Assembly (NCBI GenBank): GCA_949358305.1
Contig: OX442314.1
Span: 7,936,001-8,000,000 of the forward strand
DNA from: Strigamia acuminata
Taxonomy: Eukaryota
Direction of reading: 5' to 3'
Length of the DNA: 64,000 nucleotides
Of the stretch, positions 12,700-24,617 are shown in pieces. Both the position numbers and the translations under genes were made by a program. Within the stretch, counting starts at the first letter, position 1; each line of letters starts with the position of its first letter. The notes beneath the pieces are model-generated. The model saw only the letters and a program-made list of their open reading frames with translations. It had not been told where the DNA came from and made no database searches.

Positions 12700-13067
12700 T
12701 CCGCCCGTTCCCCTGCCATACACAGTCACTGTATATTGAATTATTGATGTTTGCACTCGATGCGCTTGTTTGGGTTGCGGTATTCTTTCGTCGCGCAAAA
12801 TCGATTCGCGGTAAATCGATTTGCGGTAAATTGAGTTGCGGAAAATATTTACACGCCAGATGACACGCCCCTTATTATGACACAAATATTAAAAATTAAA
12901 CAAAATCAAACATAAAATTATCAAAATCATTTTAAAAATTCACCAAAATCATTTTAAAAATTCACCAAAATCAAACATAAAATTATCAAAATCATTTTAA
13001 AAATTCACCAAAATCTTTTCAAAAAATCATCAAAATCGATTTAAATTCAGTATAAATTATCAAAACC

Positions 13068-13400
13068 AACTTGAATTCGTTATAAATTGACTTGAATTTG
13101 TTATAAATCGACTTGAATTCGTTATAAATCGACTTGAATTCGTTATAAATCGACTTGAATTCATTATAAATCGACTTGAATTCGTTATAAATCGACTTGA
13201 ATTCGTTATAAATCGACTTGAATTTGTTATAAATCGACTTGAATTCGTTATAAATCGACTTGAATTCTTTATAAATCGACTTGAATTCGTTATAAATCGA
13301 CTTGAATTCGTTATAAATCGACTTGAATTCGTTATAAATCGACTTGAATTCGTTATAAATCGACTTGAATTTGTTATAAATCGACTTGAATTGGTTATAA
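13068..13400. repeat. 21-bp minisatellite GACTTGAATTCGTTATAAATC (~15 copies)
   Basis: Direct tandem periodicity. Confidence 0.95.
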
Positions 13401-13710
13401 CTTACAACTACATTTCAAAAGTTTAGAAAGTGAGTGAAAAATTCACTCACTTTGTGAATAACACCAAAAATATGACTTAAAAGTTAAGCAAAACCAATTT
13501 ATACCATCAGATTTGAATAAAACAATTATTTTTCATCTAAAATAACTTATAGTTACCTATATTTAGTTATATAGTTTAGTAACAAATTGAGATTTTCAAA
13601 ACCTCACTTGTGTCAAAAGTTTAGAAAGTTGAAAAAATCATTTCATAAGTTTAGAAAGTGCAACATAATTCCTTTATTTCGACTTGAAAATAGGGCATTT
13701 TTATTTTTTT

Positions 13711-14164
13711 CATCACTTCTGCGCATTACGCGAAGGGCGCCATTGATTTCGGCAATCTGGGCATGCGCGAAGATGGCGAGCACAGATACGACTGTCATCG
13801 CATGTACAGCAACAGTAAATTGGCCAATATGTTGTTCGGACTGGAGTTGAAGCGCCGTACGGAGGGAAAAGGCGTTTATGTTTACATGGTGTCGCCCGGG
13901 ATCGTTTGGACCAATCTGGGCCGCCATGTTCGTTTGCCGCTGTGGAAGAAGATTCTGTTGGCGCCATTGGTTCTGTTGCTCGTCAAAACGCCGACGGAGG
14001 GCGCGCAGAGTGTCATCTTTTGCGCATGCTCGGATCAGATTTATGATAAATCGGGGAGTTATTTTAGAAATTGTGCGCCGGCGCAGATCGATACGAGAAT
14101 CGCGAACGAAACGAGCTGGAAACGGCTGTGGGAAATGTCTGAGGGTTTAATCAAAATTCTGTAA
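13711..14164 (+). pseudogene. C-terminal half of a short-chain dehydrogenase/reductase (RDH11/12/14-like)
   Basis: SAHYAKGAIDFGNL...YSNSKLANMLF (YxxxK), SPGIVWTNL, KTPTEGAQ, LWEMSE; no N-terminal TGxxxGxG exon or splice acceptor visible upstream. Confidence 0.75.
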
Positions 14165-15759
14165 GTTTTTATTTTATTTTATAGAAATGGCATTTTTGCG
14201 GTTTTTTGTATTTTTTATTTTGGTTAGCAAAGCTTTGTAAGTAGGCGGATAATAAAAGATTTGTAAAACTGATTCGGATATTATAGTTCAAAAATCTCTC
14301 GCTGTGGCGCTGCTAAGGGATACAGAAACACTCAAACTGCAAACATTTTGGCACTTGTGATCATTTTATTGCATGATGAATTCAAAATTACATTTATATC
14401 ACTTTGTGTATTAAATAATACATACGAATAAAGTGATTTTAATGACATGAATGGCACTCTACACTACAAACAATTAATCAAAGCCAATAGGCCTAACCTA
14501 GATAGAAAATCTAAAGACCAAATAGCAAATTTGTTACAATTGTGACAGAAAGTTGAAAAATATTTTTGTTCAGTCATGTTTTAACGTCTCTTTTGGAACC
14601 AAATCAAAAACATTCTACTCTGATGCCAATTAAAAGTGTTTAAAATGCAACTATAGAAAGACAGTAATGACATGCCCAAACCTAATCCTACAATGCTACC
14701 GACATCGCTTAGCAGTTGAGATAGCGGATATTTCTGTTGCTCTTCCGTAGTCTCCAAGAAGTTACCAGAAAATCTAATAGTTATGTATGTGGTAGAATTC
14801 AATGCATATTTATTCCCATACACAGAAGTTGTGTAAAAACTAATATCGCAAGGCAGTCTACACGTGCATTGTTTTTGACTAGAGTCGAAATTCTTAAAGT
14901 ACATGAAATGTGCGGTAGTAATTTCCTTCGATGTGTTACAAACTGGCAAATTGGGTCTCTCCATATACGGCAATCTGAAACGCAACATAATGTGGTGATA
15001 TTTACAAACTACTAGCCAGTAAAGCTTTACACATTACTAAGCCACAGGTGTGATGTGAAAAAAGTAAATACCTGCAGGTAACATTTTGAAATAAATTGTT
15101 TTGGATGCAAGCATTTTTACAGTTGAAATAAGCACTTTTGTTCTCTTCACATGGATTATGCTTTGTATTTTTTTGTATGGTCTATTGGTGGGAAATCAAA
15201 GTTAGTATGTACGAGTAATAGTGATTTAGGATAAGCAAGTGTGTAATTTATTACCTTAAATAGTCGAAGTGTTACAATATTCATCCATCCATAATTTAAA
15301 GCCAAAGGTGCCAAAATGTTAACCTTTAATTCCAGGTTATTTAGGAAAATCTGAATATTATTATAATTTAATAAATGACAAAATAAACACGCTCGGGTTA
15401 TAATACACTTAAGTAGTACTTGTAGGTGTATTCGTGTCTAACAGTGCTACCATGAACCAAGGATAACATGTGGACTGACCCAGTATGGGGGAGGAGGGAG
15501 CTGAGTGGTGTGGTGAGGGAAAGATGTGAAAGAGAGAGGTAGCGACCACTGACGAGACAAGACGTGTCCAAGGCCTGACGTGAGTAAGGGCAACCCTGCC
15601 CTGTGCTGACTCTGTTCTCCTCACCATTCACCACGGCGAAACTCAGTAGTATGGCGTGTCCCATACTGCAGCCTCCATGAGTGGCTGCGTGGGTCGTACT
15701 AGGTAAGTACGATATGAATGTTATGTTGAACCGACCACGTCACCCATGGGGTTCACACC

Positions 15760-15965
15760 GTGTGTGTGACGGGTTGGTTGCCGCTGCGGCTTGCCTTACT
15801 GGCACCCCAGCAATAGGTGACGGGGTTCTCCAACCCCTAGACAACGATATTAAAGGTCAACAACCAGCAATATGGAGTCTCTTGTCATTATTACGTGAGT
15901 ATGCGTCCCAAACCGGGGTAACCAGTCTCCGGGTTACCTTGGCTAAGACCATACCAGTCACAGAG
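15760..15965 (+). repeat. Dispersed ~200-bp structured repeat; other copies at ~18950-19135 (-) and ~59780-59970 (+)
   Basis: Shared blocks CCCCTAGA.AA.GA, TTAAAGG, TTACGT.AGTATGCGTCCC...TAAGACCATA. Confidence 0.8.
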
Positions 15966-16354
15966 TTTGCGACAAAATTCTCAATAAATAATTATAAGGT
16001 TTATGTATCCTTGAGCTAGTGATACGCCCAATAAATGGGATGGGAGTTTGTCATATGTTTTTGTAAGCGGAGTCAAATTCATTATATGCTTGGAAAGGAG
16101 GTCCTACTAAGTACTAAGTGAACAAATGGTGTTGAACTACCTTTAGATGCTGGTCGCAAACTTTTGAAGGGAATAAATTTTCTAATGAAATTAAAAGGTC
16201 AGCATCTAGGGTGATTGATTTTTCTGGAAAACATTGATAAATTTTAAAAATAATTTGACAACTGTTCGATGTGCACAAGTTTAGATAATTTGTGCCAATT
16301 TTTAAATGTCTATTTTTTAAATTAGAATACTTGTGTATAAAAAATGATGGAACT

Positions 16355-16756
16355 ATACTCTGACATACTATAAGAGTAGCCTTTCTTCCATTGGCCCAGC
16401 CTCATTACTCCTAACTGTAGACTGTGTCATACCACCAGGAAAAGTAGTTTTGTTTTTTTCTTAATTTTTTTGATTATTCTAATGATTAAAATGATGAAAT
16501 TTTATTTGTATTTTATAAGAAAATGTTTTTTTTAATTGATGAAATAATGTTTTAGGTTGTTTGCATTTCATAATTTATTTTTTTTAGTTTATTAGTTGCT
16601 TTGTCAGGAAAGCAAACAATTTCCTAACAATAGGTAATCGATTGCAATGTCTGGACATCTAACGCAATTCTGGTGTTTTGGTCTATTTTTTTGTATCAGT
16701 ACACCAGTAAAATAGCTCGGCCAATGAGAGAAAGGCCACTCTTATAGTACGCCAGA
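16355..16756. mobile_element. MITE family, copy 1 (other copies at 19840-20057, 42682-44080, 57204-59215)
   Basis: TIR of the type TACTC..ACTACAAGTTGGGCCTTTCTCCCATTGGGCGAGCC, TA-flanked. Confidence 0.7.
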
Positions 16757-17755
16757 TGAATTTGATGTGAAATGGCTAAATTTTCAATATTGACACTTTC
16801 TTTATAAATTACCTGTGTTTATTTGTGAACAATTACCGAAAGCAAGTGGAATAAGATGCCTTGACACATTTAGCCCAGGCACATTCTGCAAAAAAATTTC
16901 ATTTTGTGTTTATTGTTTTTCAGATTTTGTGCGTGCTAGTACTTGAATCGTGATTGTGCCATGGACATTGAGTGTTTCCCAGATTTCTTCCAGTGATAAT
17001 TTGTTGCTGAAAAGTTGCCAAGGCGATATTTCATTGCAGTTTTTGTTGGTGTATTTGAGTGAGTGTGATCTGGCTGTGTCCATTTCGTCGTTTTGTTTCT
17101 GACCACAGACCGTGACAGACTGAAATTCGGTGTAGCGGCGTTTATCTATTCTAATGATTTTTGTTACCGGTTCATCAATGTAGTAGTTGATACGAATTTG
17201 CAAGCAATACAAAGTGAATCCTGTGATTACCAATATCATCACAAATTTAAACTTTCCTAATATTCCATTTCCCATGGTTTGCTCTTCGTTCGCAGTGACT
17301 TTTTTCTTGCACAACTCATACACACAGCCAATCTTGTCGACGGAAGTTTTTTGATTAATGTTTGTTGCAATGTAATATAAATACCAAATGATTTCGGGTA
17401 ACGAGATCAACGATAGATCGAGAAATAGGCCCAGATTGCCTCCTAAATCCGACATTAGAGCAATAACGTCGTAGATGTATTGTTCTTCATACAAGCTAAT
17501 TTTTTCATTAGTTATTGCTAAAGCTACGGATGCAGTTTTATCATCATCTGCTATGCCTAAATCAATGGTTGTTGAAAAGGTTATTTGTTCACAAGGACGT
17601 CGACATAGACAATTAGAAACAGGATCTGTGTAGTCAATCAAATCTGCTGCCACAAAAAATTGTTGGAATGTATTTTTCGAACCGTTGCAAAGTGGTAAAT
17701 CTGCTTTCGTAAAGGGAAATCTTGAAAAGATAATTTTAAATTATAATTTTTTAAA

Positions 17756-18470
17756 TTGTATGATAACATCAAAGCTGTGATTGAGAAGAGGCGCCCAGAC
17801 CAAATTTACTGGAAGTGTGACCAATGGAACATGAAGTGTGGAGGCAGACTAACTACAACTTCTTACACCACTGAACCGAGAACACTAATTGAACCTACCA
17901 TGTACAACCATCTTCCTGAACCAACGCATGTTGAAGTTGTCAAACTTATACCGTACTGCCTCGTTTAAATTTTTTTTGGTCCGACTGCCAGGCGGTAATA
18001 TGAAACCAGGCGGTTAAATGAGCCAGGCCTTTATCCAGAAAAATTGTTGAAAAAAAAAACCCGGAAAACAAAGTAGTATAAAAATAATATTTTTTTGAAA
18101 GTAAATTGGAATTTTTATTATTTGTCGTACGAAAGCTTTTTTTTAATCGGAGCCATAACTGTGCTAACACGGAAACAATGTGACAACCAAACAATGAAGG
18201 CAATTTATATACCGTACAAAACGTACCGTGTGCGTACGTTATGCAGACGTACGTTTACCCGGCGCCAATTTGAAACCCGGCGTCAATACGGGGCCGGCGT
18301 CAATAGAATTTTGGACGTACGTCTGCCCGGCGTTAAAACGGGCCCAGCGCCTAAGTGAATCCAGGCGTTTGAATGAGGCAGTACGGTACACAAGCTTTGA
18401 AGATTTGAGCCGCTCAGACTAGTGAGAAACCATCACAACTAATTCAAGCAACCCTGACGGGCACCGGCAG
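17756..18470 (+). pseudogene. FLYWCH-type transposase fragment, interrupted by a MITE
   Basis: IYWKCDQWNMKCGGRLTT...YNHLPEP; transposase-like sequence appears to resume after 18386. Confidence 0.55.
17951..18386. mobile_element. pogo/Tigger-like MITE
   Basis: TIR CCGTACTGCCTC at both ends; TA duplication. Confidence 0.75.
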
Positions 18471-19839
18471 GGAATTGCGAGATGAAAACGTTATATGGAG
18501 TAGGAATAAAGTAAACAACGCAGAAAAATAAAGAAATCGATGACTTGATAAATTAAAAAATTAAAAAATCAGGTAAAAATTTGAATCATTAAATAATAAT
18601 TAAATATTTCAAAGGTACGCTTTGTCGACGCCATTCTGTCGACGCCATTCTGTCGACGCTGTCTTGTCGACCAAGTCTTTTTGTCAAATTTAGCTGACGA
18701 CAAGGCGACCTGGTCGTCAAGACGGCGTTTACAAAGTGAAATTCGACCATTACTCCCTGGAAAAAGATTTTTTTAAAAAAACTGATAAGGTTAGGTTTGC
18801 AGGGGTCAAGGGAGGCCGCCAGCTCCCCCCCCCCCTTGTTAAACATTCTTAGGAATACGAGCAAAAAAAACCTTTGACGTGACTCAGCCTAAAAACGGCG
18901 GCGATGAAATGAATGGCGACAAAATGAATTGACTTTCCTTGTCAACCTTGTGACTGGTATGGTCTTATCCACGGCAGTCTGGGGATTGACTTCCATGGGA
19001 GGGACGCATACTTACGTAAATGATTGAGACAGGGACTCCGGATTGTTGGATTTTGGCCTTTAATCGTTTTCTAGGGGTCGGAGTCTCCCATCTACCCATG
19101 TGTGGCAGTGCTGTTAGGCACGCTACACCAGCCACATGAATTTTTTAAGTCACAAAAAATTAAATTTGCAAAATTGTACCTTCAAAAGTAATTTTAATAA
19201 AATCAAATAAATTCAAGATTCAAAGGATGGTTTACACAGACTCGTCATTGAAATTTGAACTGGAATTACTCAGAATACCTGAGATCAATTTAAGTTAAAT
19301 GATCAATTTATTTAAAGAAAAGAAAGTCGAAACTTTGTTTTTATTAAAATTATTTTTGATGGGTCTAGGCACGTATTCTTACTTGCATGTTAGATGCTTT
19401 TTAAATTCTTTCACTAAACAACTACGATAGCATTCACTGTATTCATCTTCACTGGAGCATTCATTTATTGGCGAATTAAGAAATTTGAACTAAAAATTTA
19501 AAATAAAATACGGTTATGAATAGTAACTTTAATTTTATTGGCAAAATCTTACTTTCTTATAATTTAAATAAATTTTTGATGTTTCACCAGGATATTGCAT
19601 TCCTACCTGAAAGGGTTTTCCAAAATCATAGAATGTGAGGTAAAGCTAAGTTCAAAAAGGAAAAAAAAAAGAATACAAACCACAATTTTTTTTATTTAAA
19701 TTACCCAATACGACCCTTTAGGACATAGGTAGTCGTAGGTTTTTTCCATTTTTACTGCTAGTTCTTGTCCAAGAAGTGAGTCACTTGTAGCTTTTGCTGC
19801 ATAAATGAATTATTAAGGTGTATTGAAGTCGATGGTGCT

Positions 19840-20057
19840 ATACTCTAACTCACTACAAGTTGTGCCTTTCTTCCATTGGGCGAGCCTAATTACTCCTAAC
19901 TGTGTACTGCAGCAAACAATTTTAGAATTTTTTTTTCGACTACAATGTCTGTACATCAAGTGCAATTCTGGTGGTTTGGTCTATTTTTTTGTATCACTAC
20001 ACAAGTGAAATGGCTCGCCCAATGGGAGAAAGGCCCAACTTGTATTGAGTTAGAATA
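19840..20057. mobile_element. MITE family, copy 2 (internally deleted)
   Basis: TIRs TATACTCTAACTCACTACAAGTTG / CAACTTGTATTGAGTTAGAATATA. Confidence 0.7.
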
Positions 20058-20286
20058 TAAATGTTTTTATACTTACGAAACTGAAAAGTTGGGCACAATC
20101 CGCCATCCATGTTGGTTTGAGTCAAAACAACTGTCGTGTTTGAGTTGGAATATTCCTGCGCGAATTAAAGAGTTTAAATTACGATTTTTTCTTTAAATAA
20201 ATAAAAATTCTTTTTATCTCTTTTTGCCTTGATTTTTACGCTCACTACTTCCTTCATCAAACTAGTTGCTTTCCAAAGTTCTTCTA

Positions 20287-23200
20287 TGTGAAAACCGAGG
20301 GTTTTACGCATATTTTTTCATTACTTTTTATTACTTTTATTTGTATCGAGTTCATTTTCAGCATTTTGTAATTTGTAGTTTTGGTGTTTGTAATTTGCAT
20401 TTATTTTCCCTTTAAACTTTACCTATTTACTGAGCAATAATCCCTACCTTCTCACCCTAAAACTTCACTTCTTCAACTTCCACTTGACCTTTCTTGGAAT
20501 CAACTAATTGCGGTCAAATTATTTCCACTCTCCAATCAGAGAGCTCCACATACCCTTTTCCCCCTTTTTATTCTCTAGTCTGAAAATAAATCACCAGTGT
20601 TTTTTTATACAACTCAAGAGAAGGTCTCCTTTATTTTATTTCCTACATTTACCAAGGACTTTAAGATAATTTACAAGTGTGATTTCACATTTTGGTGCCG
20701 AAACCCAGGAAACCTTCGAATCTACATCTACATCTACAGCTAGAATCATCTAAAACTACCGAAAATGGTGAGAAATTACGATTTTAAGAAGAAGTCTTTT
20801 GCGGCGGCCATTACAGTCACGGAAACGCTAATCAACACGGCGACCACCGCGCTGACCGGCAACGCCGCCATCTTGAAGGACACTTTAGAAATATGGATCG
20901 ACCAATTGGATTCAAAACAAAATCGTGCAGCAAAAGCGTTCGAAATAGCTTTAGAAAGCTCAAAAACGGACGCAGATGTTAGCTCACTCACCGAGGAAAT
21001 GGACGCTTTGGACGATCGAGTGCTGGTGTTGAAAGCGGCTATAAAAAGGTATTCAAATCAATTATACCCAATTGTTATTTTGCCGCCAGTTGTGAACAAT
21101 GCACCCGCGACGAACGGCGCCGCCAAATTCAAAAGAAAGGCACTCGAGATTCCAAAATTTGATGGCAAACATCCGGAAATTTGGAGCAGCTTCTGGAAAA
21201 CGTTTTGTTTGCAAGTGAACGACGACGCCGACCTTGACGATACGCATAAATTCCTTCATCTGCGAGCGCATCTGACAGACGAGGCGTTGGAGGACATAAA
21301 AGGATTGGAAATCACCGACGCAAATTTCCTGATTGCAACAGAACGGCTAAAGAAAAAATATGGCGATCCGGTAGTATTAGAGAACAGATATTTAAACAAT
21401 TTACTTTGCTTGCCACAAGTGCGTGACGAGAGTGACAATGAAGGACTGCAGCGTTTACATCGTCATGTTGAAATCAACGTAAAAAACTTGGACAATGTGG
21501 GGGTGAAATTAATTGAAATTCAAAAAACCTTATTTCCAGTGTTAGCATCGACGCTCCCCCGCACCCTAATTCGGGAATACGACCGAGAGAACGATGGAGA
21601 TCGATCCGTTCCGAGACTAATGGCATGGCTGCAGAATTTCATAGCCAAAGAGGCGAAGTATGACATGATGCGGAAGAAATCAGACGTCCCACCAACCAAA
21701 CCTCAACCTCAACAAACCAAAAATCCAAATAAAGAGGAGAAAAGGAAATGGGATCGAAAAGACAAGAAACACCATCCAAGTTCCGCATCAACAATGTCCG
21801 TAATAATTGATAAATGTCAGTTTTGCAGCTCAAAGGAACACATCCGTAGATTGTGCCCCCTCACCGCAGATCAAAGAAGGGAGAAAATAAAATCCAAAGG
21901 AATTTGCATGCGCTGCCTGGGCAAAGTGGCGCACAAGACGGAGGAATGTCGCACAAAAATGAAGTGTTTCAAATGCGATGGACCACACCACACGCAAGTT
22001 TGCAACACCCCAAAGAATGCAAACAGCAAAGAAGCCACCACCAAGGAGGTCCACAGCAACGCCGTGGTTAAAACTAGCCAGGAACAGTTCGAATTTTTGA
22101 TGGTTGTCATGGCAAGATTGAGTGGCGACAAACTCCACACATCGAGCATCTGTTACATCGACGGCGGAGCCCAAAGAACATTTATCCGATCGGACGTGGC
22201 CAGAAAACTCAAACTAAAGAAGTTAGGTACCGAAAAAATTAACCTTTCTGTTTTTGGCAAAGATCCACAGTCCGTGACGTACAACCGAGTCCAGCTAACG
22301 ATTCAACCAGCAAATGGAGCGAGTCCAGCCATCTCAATCGATGCCATAGAAATTCCTCAAGTCACAACAACTCCAACTGAAGTTCCCGATAAACAATTGG
22401 ATGCAGAACTGAAAAAACGAGGGATTCAAGTACAATGCAGGCAAGCATCTCTTCACTCAAATGAAGTTGACATTTTGATAGGAGTGGACCACTACTGGAA
22501 ATTAATGACGGGACAGACGGAATATATCGAAGACAACTTAATTGCTGTGAAAACCAAATTAGGATGGACGTTACACGGACGAACCACTCACGGCAAGCAA
22601 GTGATCGCTTCATCAACCCGCATAAACAAAATTAGCATTGTCCACTCATCTGACGAAATTCTACGCAAATTCTGGGAACTTGAAGCCATCGGGGTGCAAC
22701 ACGAGTCGCTTACATCAGTGGAAGACGCGGAAATTTTGGCGAAATTCGAAAAATCGATCAAATGGAATGGAAAAAACTATTCAGTCGAATTGCCATGGAC
22801 TGTCAACCCAAATGAATTACAGGACAATTACCAAATTGCCGAACAAAGATTTTTAAACCTGCTTAGATGTTTCAGAAAGCAACCGAATTTATTTCTGGAA
22901 TACAAAAAGGTGATTAGCGATCAATTGGCGCAAGGAATCGTAGAAGAAATACCACCAGATGCCAGCGAGGGACCAGTTTACTACATGCCCCATCGACCAG
23001 TAATTAAAGATGAGAGGCTGACAACAAAACTTCGGATTGTTTTCGACGCCTCGTCGCACAAAAAGGGACAACTGTCCCTAAATGACTGCTTGTCAAAAGG
23101 AACAAACCTCTTGCCATCTTTGATCTTCATTTTATTGAATTTTCGTTCCAGAAAGATAGCAATAATGTCGGACATCGTGAAGGCATTCCACATGATTGAA

Positions 23201-23508
23201 ATTTGCATTTATTTTCCCTTTAAACTTTACCTATTTACTGAGCAATAATCCCTACCTTCTCACCCTAAAACTTCACTTCTTCAACTTCCACTTGACCTTT
23301 CTTGGAATCAACTAATTGCGGTCAAATTATTTCCACTCTCCAATCAGAGAGCTCCACATACCCTTTTCCCCCTTTTTATTCTCTAGTCTGAAAATAAATC
23401 ACCAGTGTTTTTTTATACAACTCAAGAGAAGGTCTCCTTTATTTTATTTCCTACATTTACACTTTTCAAACCAAGGACTTTAAGATAATTTACAAGTGTG
23501 ATTTCACA
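20287..23508 (+). mobile_element. BEL/Pao LTR retrotransposon, internally deleted (5' LTR 20287-20689; partial 3' LTR ~23200-23508)
   Basis: TGTGAAA...TTTCACA termini; tRNA-Phe-type PBS TGGTGCCGAAACCCAGGA at ~20693; 5-bp TSD TTCTA/TTTTA. Confidence 0.85.
20765..23248 (+). CDS. BEL/Pao Gag-protease-partial RT polyprotein (truncated)
   Basis: IPKFDG..W..FW (DUF1759-type gag), three CCHC knuckles, YIDGGAQRTF protease, YMPHRPV..TTKLRIVFDAS..LNDCL, DIVKAF; then runs into the LTR. Confidence 0.9.
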   Translation: MVRNYDFKKKSFAAAITVTETLINTATTALTGNAAILKDTLEIWIDQLDSKQNRAAKAFEIALESSKTDADVSSLTEEMDALDDRVLVLKAAIKRYSNQLYPIVILPPVVNNAPATNGAAKFKRKALEIPKFDGKHPEIWSSFWKTFCLQVNDDADLDDTHKFLHLRAHLTDEALEDIKGLEITDANFLIATERLKKKYGDPVVLENRYLNNLLCLPQVRDESDNEGLQRLHRHVEINVKNLDNVGVKLIEIQKTLFPVLASTLPRTLIREYDRENDGDRSVPRLMAWLQNFIAKEAKYDMMRKKSDVPPTKPQPQQTKNPNKEEKRKWDRKDKKHHPSSASTMSVIIDKCQFCSSKEHIRRLCPLTADQRREKIKSKGICMRCLGKVAHKTEECRTKMKCFKCDGPHHTQVCNTPKNANSKEATTKEVHSNAVVKTSQEQFEFLMVVMARLSGDKLHTSSICYIDGGAQRTFIRSDVARKLKLKKLGTEKINLSVFGKDPQSVTYNRVQLTIQPANGASPAISIDAIEIPQVTTTPTEVPDKQLDAELKKRGIQVQCRQASLHSNEVDILIGVDHYWKLMTGQTEYIEDNLIAVKTKLGWTLHGRTTHGKQVIASSTRINKISIVHSSDEILRKFWELEAIGVQHESLTSVEDAEILAKFEKSIKWNGKNYSVELPWTVNPNELQDNYQIAEQRFLNLLRCFRKQPNLFLEYKKVISDQLAQGIVEEIPPDASEGPVYYMPHRPVIKDERLTTKLRIVFDASSHKKGQLSLNDCLSKGTNLLPSLIFILLNFRSRKIAIMSDIVKAFHMIEICIYFPFKLYLFTEQ

Positions 23509-24617
23509 TTTTATATTATAAGTTGGGATTTCCATAAGAGCGTGAAACTTCTTAGAGCATTTGTCGGCATCAGCTTTGACTTTTCCGTAAGTTTTATTCC
23601 TAAGTATGTCCATTTCTTTCGTATTTCTATTGCAGATCATCAAGCTTGGTAAAGCGACATCTTCCGATCCACTCGTTACATCAACAACCGTTGGATAACT
23701 AAAGTAATGCATTATCCTGTTGCAGGTCTGATAAGTGAGCAAGCACGTGCAAAATGAGAATAAAAGTAGCCAAAAGGTGTGATGCTTCGTCCAATGTCTT
23801 CTACTGCTTACGAAATCATCCAAACCAATTATATTACATCGAAGTTTGTTTTCATCATTTTTCATCAATTGGTTAATTGCCCGACGTAGTTCTCTCAATC
23901 TTAGCCCATTTCTTTTCACCGAATAATTATTCTGCATTGTATCGTTTACTTCTTCGTACAGAATTCAAACTATGGTTTCTAAGTCCCTATAAGGCCAATT
24001 AATGTCTTGTAATCAACTTGTAAGTACTGTGCAAGCTCTGTAGCCCGGACACACGCCCTGTCGAAAGGCCTGGACTGGGTACAAATTTAGTACCGGGAAA
24101 TCTGGATGGGTCGGGCCACAGGGACAGACTATGGTGGGCCAGAGATGGTTCACAGGCCGGAAGGGGCACTTCCGGTTCCCAATTGGCGGCGCCAGGTTGC
24201 GCACGAGAAACACACGAGGTGCGCAAGAGCTGTGGAAGCGCCGTGTGTTGCAGTGACGTGACACAGACTGTGTGGGCAGCTGGTCAAAAGGCCACCGAGG
24301 AATTCCCGGTAGTCTGGTTCTACGTCTGGGCTACAGTGTGTAATTAGATGTAGGCCTATTACGAGTTTTTACCTGCTTTTGGTGGTGAGAAAAGGTAACA
24401 GCAAGTTATTTGTTGTCGAGTAGTGCTGAGTTCAGAATCAACTGTTCTTTGTTTCCTTGTGTAAACTTATTTTCCATAGTAACTCTTTGTACGATGATTA
24501 TTAATGAATTGTCTTATTAACGTGTTTTCAGGTAGTAAAAGAAAGGCTTAATTAGATTTTGCTCGGTATATAATTATTTGCAGTGAATGTAGTGTTTAGT
24601 AAATTTGATCAGACACT

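Larger units (their letters stand above)
14581..23937 (-). pseudogene. DEG/ENaC gene with two tandem channel modules in one reading frame; first coding exon disrupted by a BEL/Pao insertion
   Basis: Exons: 23937-23509 + 20286-~20240 (TM1, LPSLMICN), ~20146-20076 (GGLCPTF), ~19797-19705, ~19645-19552, ~19489-19383, 17720-16943 (TM2 of module 1 then TM1 and FQSVTVC of module 2), ~16887-16813, ~16190-16141, 15350-15255, 15181-15072, 14974-14581 (SDVGSIVGLGLGMS). Confidence 0.8.

Noticed and set aside
15549..15575. Hammerhead ribozyme core (CTGACGA-GACA..TGTC)
   Set aside because: The required GAAA is CAAG, and no convincing stems I/III were found
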